Below are positions 40,101 to 49,779 of a stretch of DNA of 64,000 nucleotides, in pieces. The stretch's first letter is position 1. Every line of letters begins with the position of its first letter. Origin of the DNA: Candidatus Marinacidobacterium sp. (GTDB taxonomy: Bacteria; Acidobacteriota; Vicinamibacteria; Marinacidobacterales; Marinacidobacteraceae). Under the pieces are notes generated by a model. The model was not told the origin of the DNA, did not search any database, and saw only the letters and a program-made list of their open reading frames with translations. Position numbers and translations under genes: made by a program. Location of the stretch: NCBI GenBank assembly GCA_965220965.1, contig OZ244852.1, forward strand, positions 1,312,001 to 1,376,000, in the 5' to 3' direction.

Positions 40101-41281
40101 TGAGCGCGGCGACCGGCGACCCGAACCCGGCGGACCATCCGTCGCCGGATTCTCCGCCGGAGCCCGCCACGCGAAAGACGCCGGACCCTCGCGGAGCGGC
40201 GCTCACCATCCTCTCGTGGGCGGTCGTGGCGGCGGCGGCGGGCGGAGCGGGATGGGTTCTCTACCGGTTCGTCACCGCGTTCTCGCATGTGCTGCTGCCG
40301 CTCGCGGTGGGGGCGCTGGGGGCGCTCGTCCTGAGGCCGTGGTTCCGGGCGTTCCACACCCGGCTGCGGCTTCCCGCCTGGGCGGCGCTGACTGCGGTGT
40401 TCCTGTCCGTCCTCCTCGCGCTGACCGTGTTCGGCGTCGTGTTCGGTCGCCGGATCGCCACCCAGACGGTCGAGCTCGCCGCCGCTCTCCCGGCGCTGAT
40501 GGAACAGATCCGCGCTTTCGCGCTCGCCACGACGCCCGCCGTCATCGAGTTCCTCGAGACCCACCCAATCGGGCGGCAACTCCGGGAGTTCGCGCTGGCC
40601 CACCAGGCCGAGCTGTTCCAGGGACTGACGCTGGTGGGAGAGGGCGCCTACGCCGCCAGCGCCGGGATCCTGCGGGGGGTGGGCGGCCTGCTGTCGTGGG
40701 CGGTGCTGCCGCTCTACTTCGGGTACTTCCTGGTCAGCGATCCGCCCCGGGTGGACCCCGACCGCGCGCTTCCCTTCCTGAGCCCCCACACCCGGGAGAC
40801 GGTGACCCAGCTCACCCGGCGGTTCATCGCGATCCTGACGGTGTTCTTCCGGGCGCAGCTTCTGGTGGCGCTGCTCCAGGGGATCCTGATCGCCATCGGG
40901 TTCACCGCGATCGGGCTGCAGTACGGTTTTCTGCTGGGGCTCTCCCTCGGAGTGCTGACCGTGATCCCCTATCTCGGGACCGGAGTCGGATTCCTGATCG
41001 CCGTTCCGCTGGGCTGGATGCAGCCGGACGGCGGCCTCGCGCTGGCCGCGATGGCCGCCGGAGTCCTGGTCGTCGTCCAGCTCATCGAGGGCTGGGTTCT
41101 CACCCCCCGGATCATGGGCAAGGAGACCGGGCTCCACTGGATGGCGATCATCGTGGCGGTCCTGTTCTGGTCCACGGCCCTCAGCGGCCTGACCGGAACG
41201 ATCCTCGCGATCCCGCTGACCGCCTTCGCGGCCTCGGCGTGGCGGGTGTTCCGCGAGCGCTACCTCCTCGAGCTCCTCTGA
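40100..41281 (+). CDS. AI-2E family transporter
   Basis: Multi-TM, IPYLG, QLIEGWVLTPRIMG, GLH, ILAIPL. TGATG overlap with ahcY. Confidence 0.88.
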
Positions 41282-41296
41282 GGGACTCGAGGCGGC

Positions 41297-42649
41297 CTAA
41301 TCCAGAACTTCGCGAAGCGCTCCGGCGAGCGCGTCGGCGATCTGCGCCAGATCGGCCTCGGTGGAGACGACCGGCGGGGCGCAGACGAACACGTCGCCCC
41401 GCACCCGACTGAAGACGCCGCGGGCGTCGACCGCCGCGAGAACGCGCGGACCGACCTTGGCGGAGGCCGGGAACTCCTTCCTGGCGGCGCGATCCTCGAC
41501 GATCTCGACCGCGGCCATCAGGCCCTTCCCGCGGACTTCGCCGACGTGCGGGTGGTCGCCGACCGCATCGCGCAGGTTCCGCTGAAGGATCTCTCCCTTC
41601 CGGGCCGCCATTTCGACCAGACCTTCGTTCCGGATGATGTCGAGGTTCGCGAGCGCCACCGCGCAGGCGACCGGGTGCGCGCTGTAGGTGTAGGCGTGCA
41701 TCCACACCGGGCCCGCTTCGTCGAGCGTCCCGGCGATCCGGTCGGAGAGGCCGATCCCGCCAAGGGGGATGTGCCCCGACGTGATCGCCTTGGCGAACTG
41801 CATGATGTCCGGCTCGATCCCCCAGTGCTCCAGACCGAAGGCGGTTCCGGTCCGGCCGAACCCGGTGATGACCTCGTCGGAGACGAGGAGGACCTCGTAG
41901 CGGTCGCAGATCTCGCGGATCCGGGGGAAGTAATCGTCCGTGGGGACGATGACGCCGCCCGCGCCCTGGACCGGTTCGGCGATGAACATCGCGACGGTCT
42001 CGGGGCCCTCGGCGAGGATCGCGGCCTCGAGCTCGTCCGCCGCGGCTTCGCCCTTGGTCTTGCCGGCCGGCGGATCGTAGTAGTACGGATAGGGGGAGCT
42101 GATGTGGCTGAATCCGGGCACGCGGGGCTCGAACATGGGCCAGTAGGTGTCGATCCCGGTGGCGGACATGGCCGCGAGCGTGACGCCGTGATAACCCCAG
42201 ACACGCGAGATGACCTTCGTCTTCTCCGGCTTGCCACGCACCTTCCAGTAGAACCGGGCGGTCTTGATGCTGGAATCCGTCGACTCCCCGCCCCCGGAGG
42301 TGAGGAAGAACCGGTTGATCGACGGGTAGGCCATGTCGGCAAGCCGTTCGGCGAGCGCGATGGCCTGCGGGTTCGAGCTTCCCGCGTAGCCGGAGGCGTA
42401 CCCGAGCTCGCGCATCTGCGATGCGGCGGCCTCGGCGAGTTCGACGCGCCCGTGCCCGATGAAGACGTTCCACAGACCCGAGAGCGCGTCCACGTAGTCC
42501 CGCCCATCGGCGTCGTAGAGCCGGGCGCCGGCGCCGCGGACCCACACGTGGCCTCCCGCTACCGCGGCGGGGCTGTGGATGGGGTGGATGAGGTGCTCGG
42601 CGTCGCGGGCGAGGAGCGCCTGCTTCCCGTTCACTGCAACGGCGGCCAT
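41297..42649 (-). CDS. Class III (omega-amine) aminotransferase
   Basis: DALSGLWNV, GYHGVT, FIAEPVQGAGG, DEVITGFGRTG, AKAITSG (PLP Lys), HAYTYSAHP. Confidence 0.93.
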   Translation of the reverse strand: MAAVAVNGKQALLARDAEHLIHPIHSPAAVAGGHVWVRGAGARLYDADGRDYVDALSGLWNVFIGHGRVELAEAAASQMRELGYASGYAGSSNPQAIALAERLADMAYPSINRFFLTSGGGESTDSSIKTARFYWKVRGKPEKTKVISRVWGYHGVTLAAMSATGIDTYWPMFEPRVPGFSHISSPYPYYYDPPAGKTKGEAAADELEAAILAEGPETVAMFIAEPVQGAGGVIVPTDDYFPRIREICDRYEVLLVSDEVITGFGRTGTAFGLEHWGIEPDIMQFAKAITSGHIPLGGIGLSDRIAGTLDEAGPVWMHAYTYSAHPVACAVALANLDIIRNEGLVEMAARKGEILQRNLRDAVGDHPHVGEVRGKGLMAAVEIVEDRAARKEFPASAKVGPRVLAAVDARGVFSRVRGDVFVCAPPVVSTEADLAQIADALAGALREVLD

Positions 42650-42677
42650 CTTTTCTCCTTCGATGAATGGTTCCAGG

Positions 42678-43628
42678 TCAGCGGCCGGCGGCCTGATGTC
42701 CGGCCGCGAGCGCTTCCTCCGACGTCACGATGAAGACCCGGAAGCCCTGCTCGATCCGCTCGGCGATGTCCTGGGGGCCCGCGGTGATTCCGCAGGGGAC
42801 GCCCGCTTCCACGCAGGCGGCGAGGACCGTCTGGATCGCCGCCTCGACCGCCTCCATGTCTCCCTCGTAGGCCCGGCGCAGATCTCCGGGGCCGGGGAAG
42901 ACGATGCTCACTCCCGGCGTGCTCGCGATCTCGAGAGCGTTCTCCACGCCCACCTGATCCTCGATGAGCAGCATGTTCACCAGCTCTCCGTCGGGGTGCG
43001 CGGGCCAGACATCGGCGCGGGCGGCGTACTCGGCCTCCGACACGCCGAACTGGCGAGCCGCGCCCGCCGCCGGCGCGCCCCGCAGCCCTCCCGCGGACTG
43101 CGGCCGCATCGAAGCCACCGCGTGCGCCGCCTCCCCGGCCGTCTCGACATGCGGGAAGACGATGCCGTAGACCCCGGCGTCGAGCCCGGCCGCGGTGCGC
43201 TCGGCGGCCTCATCCATTCCGTCGCGGATCGGGGGAATCCGCAGGACGAGCGGATGGGAGTTGTCGGGTCCTCGTCCGTCCGGCGCGGAGAGCGCCTCCT
43301 GATAGGCCTCCATCGTCGGGATGTCGAAGGGACCGGTCTCCATCGAGTAGAAGACGAAGTCCGTCAGTTCGAGACCGGCGCGCTGGCTCGCGCTCTCCGG
43401 GGTCTGTTCGCCCGAGAAGACTCCGAAGACGACCTCACCGGCTTCGAGCAGCGTGACGATCCGGTTCCACCGGGCCGGATCCTCCGCAGCCGGCGCCGCC
43501 TCCATGTCCGACGCGTCGTCGGAGGCGGAATCCCCCGCCGGGCCGCCGCACGCGGCGCCCGCAAGGGGAAGGACCGCGGCGAGGAGCGCCGCGGCGGGGA
43601 ACCGCGAAGTGGTCGATGTCTCCGGCAC
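42678..43628 (-). CDS. HpcH/HpaI aldolase family protein with lipoprotein signal
   Basis: LDAGVYGIVFPHVE, LLIED, FPGPGDL. N-terminal LAGAAC lipobox. Confidence 0.82.
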   Translation of the reverse strand: MPETSTTSRFPAAALLAAVLPLAGAACGGPAGDSASDDASDMEAAPAAEDPARWNRIVTLLEAGEVVFGVFSGEQTPESASQRAGLELTDFVFYSMETGPFDIPTMEAYQEALSAPDGRGPDNSHPLVLRIPPIRDGMDEAAERTAAGLDAGVYGIVFPHVETAGEAAHAVASMRPQSAGGLRGAPAAGAARQFGVSEAEYAARADVWPAHPDGELVNMLLIEDQVGVENALEIASTPGVSIVFPGPGDLRRAYEGDMEAVEAAIQTVLAACVEAGVPCGITAGPQDIAERIEQGFRVFIVTSEEALAAGHQAAGR

Positions 43629-43828
43629 AGGGAACTCCTGGCGATGCAGCCTTGAACAGCCTGTTGGCCGGACTATCCTATGCGTCGTCCGGGCGTGGAA
43701 CCAGCGCCCCGGCCCCTCGCGATTCTTCGGTCGCCCTGTTGGCGTCGAAGCCCTTCCGCGCCGCGGCGCCTTCCGGAGTCGGACCTCCGCAGGACGGCCG
43801 GCGCGCGACCCATGGAGACCTTCGCATC

Positions 43829-44329
43829 ATGGCGAGCGTCAAGCTCGGCGGAACCCCCGTCGCCATCTCCGGCCAGCTCCCCTCCCCCGGAGACCCCGCC
43901 CCGGCGTTCACGCTCACCGGCGGCGACCTCGACGACATCTCGCTGGCCGACTTCGCCGGGAAGAAGCTGCTGCTGAACATCTTCCCGAGCGTGGACACCC
44001 CGGTCTGCGCCGCTTCCGTTCGCCGGTTCAACGAGGCGGCCGCCGCGCTCGAAGGCGTCGATGTCCTGTGTGTTTCCTGCGACCTGCCGTTCGCCCAGGC
44101 GCGGTTTTGCGCCGCGGAGGAGATCGAGGGCGTCCGCTGCGCCTCCGAAATGCGCGGAGACGGGTTCGGAGCGGCCTACGGAGTCCGCATCACCGAAGGG
44201 AAGCTCGCCGGGATCTTCGCTCGCGCCGTCGTCGTGGTGGGCGAGGACGGTCGGGTCGTCCACTCGGAACTCGTGCCGGAAATCACCCAGGAACCCGACT
44301 ACGACGCCGCCCTGGCGGCGTGTCGGTAA
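43829..44329 (+). CDS. tpx: Thiol peroxidase Tpx
   Basis: NIFPSVDTPVCA, DLPFAQARFC, ARAVVV, EITQEPDY. Confidence 0.95.
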   Translation: MASVKLGGTPVAISGQLPSPGDPAPAFTLTGGDLDDISLADFAGKKLLLNIFPSVDTPVCAASVRRFNEAAAALEGVDVLCVSCDLPFAQARFCAAEEIEGVRCASEMRGDGFGAAYGVRITEGKLAGIFARAVVVVGEDGRVVHSELVPEITQEPDYDAALAACR

Positions 44330-44395
44330 CCGTCCCAGGCCCCCTGCCCGGACGCGCCAGCGGCGCCGCCGCGCCCCGTCGGAAGGCCGTCCCGA

Positions 44396-44404
44396 TGTTA
44401 CAAT
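44396..44404 (+). promoter_or_regulatory. Putative extended -10 promoter upstream of the carD-like gene
   Basis: TG-T-TACAAT in an otherwise GC-rich intergenic region, about 90 bp before the start. Confidence 0.4.
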
Positions 44405-44490
44405 TTGGCGGAACTCGCGGGGATTTCAGGTGTTTGTCGCCTGCCGGATCTCCGTCGCTCTCCCGCCGTAACCGCTGCTGAATCAATAAC

Positions 44491-45219
44491 TTGACCGAGG
44501 CTCACGACGGTTCGGCGGACCCCGAACTCCAGACCGACTCCATCTCCGACGAGGACGAGGCGCTGGACGAATACGACGGGGACGAGGAAGCGGTCGCTGC
44601 TGACGAGGAGGACTCCGAACCGGGGCCCGGCGGGTTCCGGTCGGGGGACTTCGTCTTCTATCCCCAGATCGGCCACTGCGACGTTGGGGATGTCATCGAG
44701 GACGCTTCGACCGGGCTCGAACTGCTCGAGCTGACGCCCAACGACTCCCAGGCCGGAAACCGCATCCTGGTCCCGGTGGGTCAGGTGGGGTCCCGCGGGA
44801 TCCGGCTCGCCGGGGACCCGCAGGGCAAGATCGATGAAATCCTGGGCTCGGACTTCGAGCCCACGATCGAGGACGCCTCGGAACGGCTCGACCTGATCAC
44901 CGCGCAGGAGCGCGAGGGGACGGTCGAGAGCCTCACGCTGGCGCTGAAGCGGCTCCACCTCCGGCACGAGATGAAGACGGCCAGCCGGGAGGAGGAGAAG
45001 CGGCGCGCCAGGATCCGCAAGTGGCTGGTGCAGGACCACATGGCCGAGAACGCAAGCACGAGCGGCCAGGCCCAGGCGGCGATCACCCGGCTCCTCGGCG
45101 CCGCGATGCGCGCGGTCCGGGAGCGCGAGCGGGAAGCCGCCCGCGAACGTCGGCGGCAGGAGCGCGCCGAGCGAAAGGCGGAGGCCGAGCGCCGGCGTCG
45201 ACGCCGCGCCCGCACCTGA
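44491..45219 (+). CDS. CarD/CdnL-like transcription factor, divergent
   Basis: FRSGDFVFYPQIG and ILVPV...GIR resemble the CarD RNAP-interaction domain. Acidic N-terminus, R/E-rich C-terminal tail. Confidence 0.7.
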   Translation: MTEAHDGSADPELQTDSISDEDEALDEYDGDEEAVAADEEDSEPGPGGFRSGDFVFYPQIGHCDVGDVIEDASTGLELLELTPNDSQAGNRILVPVGQVGSRGIRLAGDPQGKIDEILGSDFEPTIEDASERLDLITAQEREGTVESLTLALKRLHLRHEMKTASREEEKRRARIRKWLVQDHMAENASTSGQAQAAITRLLGAAMRAVREREREAARERRRQERAERKAEAERRRRRRART

Positions 45220-45294
45220 TTCCGTCTGCCGGAGCCAGTCCGGTCGGAAGATCCCCGGTCGGCAAATGCCCAATCGGAAAATGCCAGTCGCGCG

Positions 45295-46875
45295 GTGACC
45301 GGCCGCCCTCCGGGGCTGTTTTCTTCCCCGAAGACCCCGCCGCCGCCTGAACCCCCGATCCGCGACTCACCCGGCGAGCGGAGTCGCGCGCCGTCCCCGC
45401 CGCACCGTTACTCGGTCCGGGAGTTGAACCGTCGGATCGCCGAGACCCTGACCGACGCGTTCCCGCGCGAGTTGTGGCTCGAGGGCGAACTCTCGGAAGT
45501 TCATGGCGGCCGCGGCGGCCACCTCTATCTGACCTTCGCCGAGGCCAAGGAGACGCTCAGGGCGGTGGCGTGGGCGAGCGACGCCCGCCACTTCGGGTTC
45601 GTTCCGGCCCGCGGCGACCGGGTGCGGGTGCGGGGGCGCGTCCGGACCTACGCCCCCCGGAGCCAGTACCAGCTCATCGTCTCCCGCGTGGAGCGGACCG
45701 GGACCGGGGAACTGCTTCTCGCCCTGCGGGAACTGGAGGAGCGCCTCGAGGCGGAAGGTCTGTTCGCCCCGGAACGAAAGCGTCCCCCGCCATTCCTCCC
45801 GCGCCGCATCGGGCTGCTGGCGGCGAAGGGAAGCGAGGCGCACCGCGACTTCGTGACGCACGCGCGCGCCCGCTTCCCGGGGATCGCGATCCGGTTCCGG
45901 GATACGCGGGTCCAGGGGCCGATGGCGGTTCGTTCGCTGGTGACCGGCCTGCGTGAGCTGGCCCGGGCCGGAGTGGACCTGATCGTCCTGACGCGTGGCG
46001 GCGGATCGGTGGAGGACCTGCTGCCCTTCAGCGACGAGGCCGTCGTCCGCGCCGCGGCGGCGTGTCCCACGCCGGTGGTGAGCGCGGTGGGGCATGAAGG
46101 CGACCGCCCGCTCCTCGACCGCGCTGCGGACGTTCGGGCGAGCACGCCCACCGCGGCGGCGAAGGAGGTCGTCCCGGAACTCGAGGACCTGATCGCCGAG
46201 CTGAGCGACCGTCGGGAATCGGCGCGGACCGCGGCGCGCCGGGCCCTGCGGAACGCAGGCCAACGATGCGTCGCCCTCCGCGGGCGCCGGGGCCTGGCCG
46301 CGATCCCGAACTGGATCCGCGCTCAGGTCCAGGACGTCCGCGCCGACAGGAGTCTGGCCCGCGGGACCGTCGCCGAGGCGCTCAGGCTGCGGACCGGACA
46401 ACTCACGCGGATGCGCGACCGGCTCGGACGCCTCGCCCCTGCCCGGCGACTTCAGGACCAGCGGGACGAGCTGCGCGCTCTGCGGGACTCCCTCGCGCGG
46501 CTGCCGCTCCTGGAGCGCCACCGCGCGACCGCCGCGGAGCTGGGCGAAAGGCTTCGCCGCGGGACGGTGGCCCGGTTCGTGGCGGAGCGGATCGATCAGG
46601 TCCAGCGCGAGGGCGAGCGCGCCCGCGGGGTGGCGGCGGGCGCCGTCGGGCGCCGTCAGTCGCAGTGGCGCGAACTCGGCGGCCGGCTCAACGCCCTCGA
46701 TCCCCGGGCCGTGCTCCGGCGCGGGTACTCTCTTGCTCTCGACGCGGAGGGTCGGGCGCTCCGGGCCGCGGAGCAGGCGCGGGTCGAGGACCCGGTGCGG
46801 CTGCTCCTCGGAAGCGGCGCACTGAACGTTCGGGTCGAAGCGGTGCTCCCCGACGCCCCCTCCTCCAACGACTGA
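45295..46875 (+). CDS. xseA: Exodeoxyribonuclease VII large subunit
   Basis: YSVRELN, WLEGELS, GHLYL, LEAEGLF..ERKR, VQG, RGGGSVEDL, SAVGHE.D, ASTPTAAA, LRRGYS. Confidence 0.95.
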   Translation: MTGRPPGLFSSPKTPPPPEPPIRDSPGERSRAPSPPHRYSVRELNRRIAETLTDAFPRELWLEGELSEVHGGRGGHLYLTFAEAKETLRAVAWASDARHFGFVPARGDRVRVRGRVRTYAPRSQYQLIVSRVERTGTGELLLALRELEERLEAEGLFAPERKRPPPFLPRRIGLLAAKGSEAHRDFVTHARARFPGIAIRFRDTRVQGPMAVRSLVTGLRELARAGVDLIVLTRGGGSVEDLLPFSDEAVVRAAAACPTPVVSAVGHEGDRPLLDRAADVRASTPTAAAKEVVPELEDLIAELSDRRESARTAARRALRNAGQRCVALRGRRGLAAIPNWIRAQVQDVRADRSLARGTVAEALRLRTGQLTRMRDRLGRLAPARRLQDQRDELRALRDSLARLPLLERHRATAAELGERLRRGTVARFVAERIDQVQREGERARGVAAGAVGRRQSQWRELGGRLNALDPRAVLRRGYSLALDAEGRALRAAEQARVEDPVRLLLGSGALNVRVEAVLPDAPSSND

Positions 46876-47342
46876 TGCCGGACAACGATCAGGGTTCCGC
46901 TTTCGAGGATCTGGAGCGCAGCCTGGGGGAGGCTCTCCGCGAGCTCGAAGACGAAAGCGCCGAGATCCCGCTCGAGCGGAGGGTTGCGCTGCATGCGAAG
47001 GCGGTTCGCCTCCACGCCGCCATGGAGGACGTCCTCGCGGCGGCGGAGAAGGAAGTCAGGCCCGGCGGCGACGGCGAGGCTTCCGAACCGACCGGAGCGG
47101 CGCCCGCCGAACCCTACGAGCAGACGCTCGGCCGACTGAGGGAGACGGTCCGGGAACTCGAACGGGACGACCTGCCGCTGGCGCGGGTGATCGAGCTTCA
47201 CCACCTGGCCGAGGCTCTCACCGGGCGCTGCGAGGCCATCCTGGCCTCGGCGCAGAAGAGACTGGACGACGCGGGGCCCGGCGACGCCCGGCGAAAGGAT
47301 CCGGCGGCGACCGACGCAGATGACGAGCCCGGCCCCTTCTGA
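46875..47342 (+). CDS. xseB: Exodeoxyribonuclease VII small subunit, tandem two-domain form (155 aa)
   Basis: Sits between xseA and ispA. Two XseB-like units: FEDLERSL..LRELE...IPLE...LAAAEKEV and YEQTLGRL..VRELE..DLPL...CEAILASAQKRL. Confidence 0.8.
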   Translation: MPDNDQGSAFEDLERSLGEALRELEDESAEIPLERRVALHAKAVRLHAAMEDVLAAAEKEVRPGGDGEASEPTGAAPAEPYEQTLGRLRETVRELERDDLPLARVIELHHLAEALTGRCEAILASAQKRLDDAGPGDARRKDPAATDADDEPGPF

Positions 47343-48282
47343 GGCGGCGCCCGGATCCGTGGCGGCGCCGGCCGCGGATCTGGACGCGTTCCTGGCCGCC
47401 ACCGCGCGCCAGGTCGAGGCGTTGCTGGATCGGATCCTCCCCGATGGGACCGGGGCCGACGCCGCCGGGACCGGAGCTCCGGCGGCCATCGCCGAGGCGA
47501 TGCGGTACTCGGTCTTCGCTGGGGGAAAGCGCCTTCGTCCGGCGGTCGTGCTGGCTTCGGCGCGCGCCGTCGGCGGCCGCCCGGAGGACGCGCTGCCGGC
47601 GGCGGCCGCCGTCGAAATGGTCCATACCTACTCGCTGATCCACGACGATCTGCCCTGCATGGACGACGACGATCTCCGGCGCGGCCAGCCCACGTCGCAC
47701 GTGCGGTTCGGCGAGCCGCTGGCGATCCTCGCCGGAGACGCCCTCCACGCCCAGGCGTTCGAAGTCCTTGCGAGCGCCGCGCTTCCGGCCGCGGCGCGCC
47801 TCGAATCGCTCCGGCGGCTGGCGGCGGCGATCGGGCCGGGAGGCATGGTCGGGGGACAGGTTCTCGACCTGGAGGCGGAGGAGCGCTTCCCTGAAGCGCG
47901 GGGGCTCGAGCGGATCCACCGGAAGAAGACCGGGGCGCTCTTCGGCGCGGCCGCCGCGCTCGGAGCGCTCGCCGGCGGCGCGAACCGGAACGGGGTGGAC
48001 GCGCTCGAGACGTTCGGCCGCGAGTTGGGGCTCCTGTTCCAGATCGTGGACGATCTCCTCGACGACGAAGCCAGCACGACGGCGCTCGGCAAGTCCGCCG
48101 GAAAGGACCGGGCGGCCGGGAAGGCCACTTACCTCGCGATCCATGGCCGCGCCGGCGCCCACCGCGAGGCGGAGCGCCGGGCCGAGGCGGCGGGGGCGTG
48201 TCTTGGCGGGGCGCCGGTGTCCGGCGATGGCGCCCGCCTCCTCGCCGCGCTCGTGGAGCGGGTCCTCCACCGCGAGTCCTGA
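47320..48282 (+). CDS. ispA: Farnesyl/geranylgeranyl diphosphate synthase
   Basis: GGKRLRP, HTYSLIHDDLPCMDDDDLRRG, GQVLD, KTGAL, FQIVDDLLD, GKSAGKD. Confidence 0.95.
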   Translation: MTSPAPSEAAPGSVAAPAADLDAFLAATARQVEALLDRILPDGTGADAAGTGAPAAIAEAMRYSVFAGGKRLRPAVVLASARAVGGRPEDALPAAAAVEMVHTYSLIHDDLPCMDDDDLRRGQPTSHVRFGEPLAILAGDALHAQAFEVLASAALPAAARLESLRRLAAAIGPGGMVGGQVLDLEAEERFPEARGLERIHRKKTGALFGAAAALGALAGGANRNGVDALETFGRELGLLFQIVDDLLDDEASTTALGKSAGKDRAAGKATYLAIHGRAGAHREAERRAEAAGACLGGAPVSGDGARLLAALVERVLHRES

Positions 48283-48296
48283 GGAGGCTGCTAGAA

Positions 48297-49280
48297 GTGC
48301 CGGGAAACGAGACGGGCCGTCGGCGGTCGCGGAGGACGGATCCCGATCCGGCGCGGTTCCGGCTCCCGACCGACCGCCCGGCCCGCATCGGGATCGCCGC
48401 CAAGCTCAGGACCCCGGAGATCGAGGAGACCTGTCGGGGGCTCACCGGCTGGCTGCGGGGACGAGGCGTCGAGCTGACGCTCGAAGACGGGCTCCGGGAC
48501 CTGCTCGATGAGGACTTCCACGCCGTCCCCCGTCAGGAGATCGGCGCGGGTCAGGACCTCGTCATCCTGCTGGGAGGAGACGGGACGCTCCTCTCGGTCG
48601 CGCGGGCGATGGGCCGCCGTCAGGTCCCGATCTTCGGGGTGAACCTGGGGAGCCTGGGTTTCCTCACGACCGCTCCCCTCGACCGGCTCTACACCGGACT
48701 CGAGCGGATCCTCGCCGGAGCGGGGATCCTGAACGAACGCGCCATGCTCTCGGCGCGCCTCGTCCGGAACGGTGAGGTCGCCCGCGAGGAGCTCGCGGTG
48801 AACGACGTCGTCATCACCGGCGGCTCGATCGCCCGGGTGCTCGAGGTGCGGATCACCACCAGCCAGGGCTTCGTGGCGACCGTCCTCGGCGACGGGGTGA
48901 TCGTGGCCACGCCGACCGGATCCACCGCCTACAACCTGGGGGCGGGAGGGCCGGTGGTCCATCCGGGAGTGGAGGCGATCGTGCTGGCGCCCATCGTTCC
49001 CCTGACCCTCGCGCAGCGACCCATGGTGTTCCCCGACTCGGTGGAGCTGGTGCTGACGCTCCAGAACAAGGGCCGCGAAGTCCGCGCCACCTTCGACGGA
49101 CAGGCGAGCGAACCGATGCTCCCGAGCGACAGCCTGCGGGTCGGCAGGTCGGATGTCCGGCTGCGGCTGCTTCGCCTTCCGGAACAGAACTACTTCCGCG
49201 TCCTGCGGAAGAAGCTGCTCTGGGCGGCGCTCCCCCCGAAACGCGGCAAGACCAACCCCCCCACCCCACCAGACCCCTGA
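48297..49280 (+). CDS. nadK: NAD kinase
   Basis: LGGDGTLL, GVNLGSLGFL, VNDVV, GDGVIVATPTGSTAYNLGAGGP. Start approximate. Confidence 0.95.
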   Translation: MPGNETGRRRSRRTDPDPARFRLPTDRPARIGIAAKLRTPEIEETCRGLTGWLRGRGVELTLEDGLRDLLDEDFHAVPRQEIGAGQDLVILLGGDGTLLSVARAMGRRQVPIFGVNLGSLGFLTTAPLDRLYTGLERILAGAGILNERAMLSARLVRNGEVAREELAVNDVVITGGSIARVLEVRITTSQGFVATVLGDGVIVATPTGSTAYNLGAGGPVVHPGVEAIVLAPIVPLTLAQRPMVFPDSVELVLTLQNKGREVRATFDGQASEPMLPSDSLRVGRSDVRLRLLRLPEQNYFRVLRKKLLWAALPPKRGKTNPPTPPDP

Positions 49281-49286
49281 GCTTGC

Positions 49287-49660
49287 GCGGTGTGGGAGAG
49301 GGGGCGTAGGTCTCTCACCTTCGTCACCGTGATCGGACTACGGTTCTGAGCCCCCTCCCCCACACCGCACGGCCCTACGGGCCGTAAATCGGAACTTGCT
49401 GCGCCAAGTTCCGATTTGAACGTACCAATCTGGGGAGGGGGTTCCCCCCTCCCCGCCCCACCCCCGGGTAGATCACCCGGCGCGCCAGAGAGGGCGTCGG
49501 TTCTCATCGTCGCCGCCAAGATCGGCGAACCCCTCCCTCATTGCACGGCCCTGCGAGCCGTAAGTCGGAACTTCCTGCGCCAAGTCCCGATTTGAGCGTA
49601 CGAATCTCGGGAGAGGGAACCCCGGGGCCCTCATCGGGAGAACTTCCCTCCCCCGAGGCG
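49287..49660. repeat. Two degenerate about 180-bp hairpin-rich repeat units (REP/REPIN-like)
   Basis: Shared core gcacggccct.cg.gccgtaa.tcggaactt.ctgcgccaagt.ccgatttga.cgtac.aatct at 49367 and 49543. Internal stems acggccc/gggccgt and aaatcggaactt/aagttccgattt. 19-bp inverted repeat 49287-49305 / 49350-49368. Confidence 0.8.
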
Positions 49661-49779
49661 TCAAGGGTTGCGCAACCCGTTTACGCAATCCGAGTCACCG
49701 CCCCCTGGTTGGTAACAGTGCTCGAGCGCGCGATGGATTCGAGGATCCGGTCGAGGGCAGGCCGGGGGCGTGCGCTCGA

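Noticed and set aside
49287-49660. Hairpin repeats as a mini-CRISPR or tRNA
   Set aside because: There are only two copies, the unit is far longer than a CRISPR repeat, and no cloverleaf or T-loop consensus is present.
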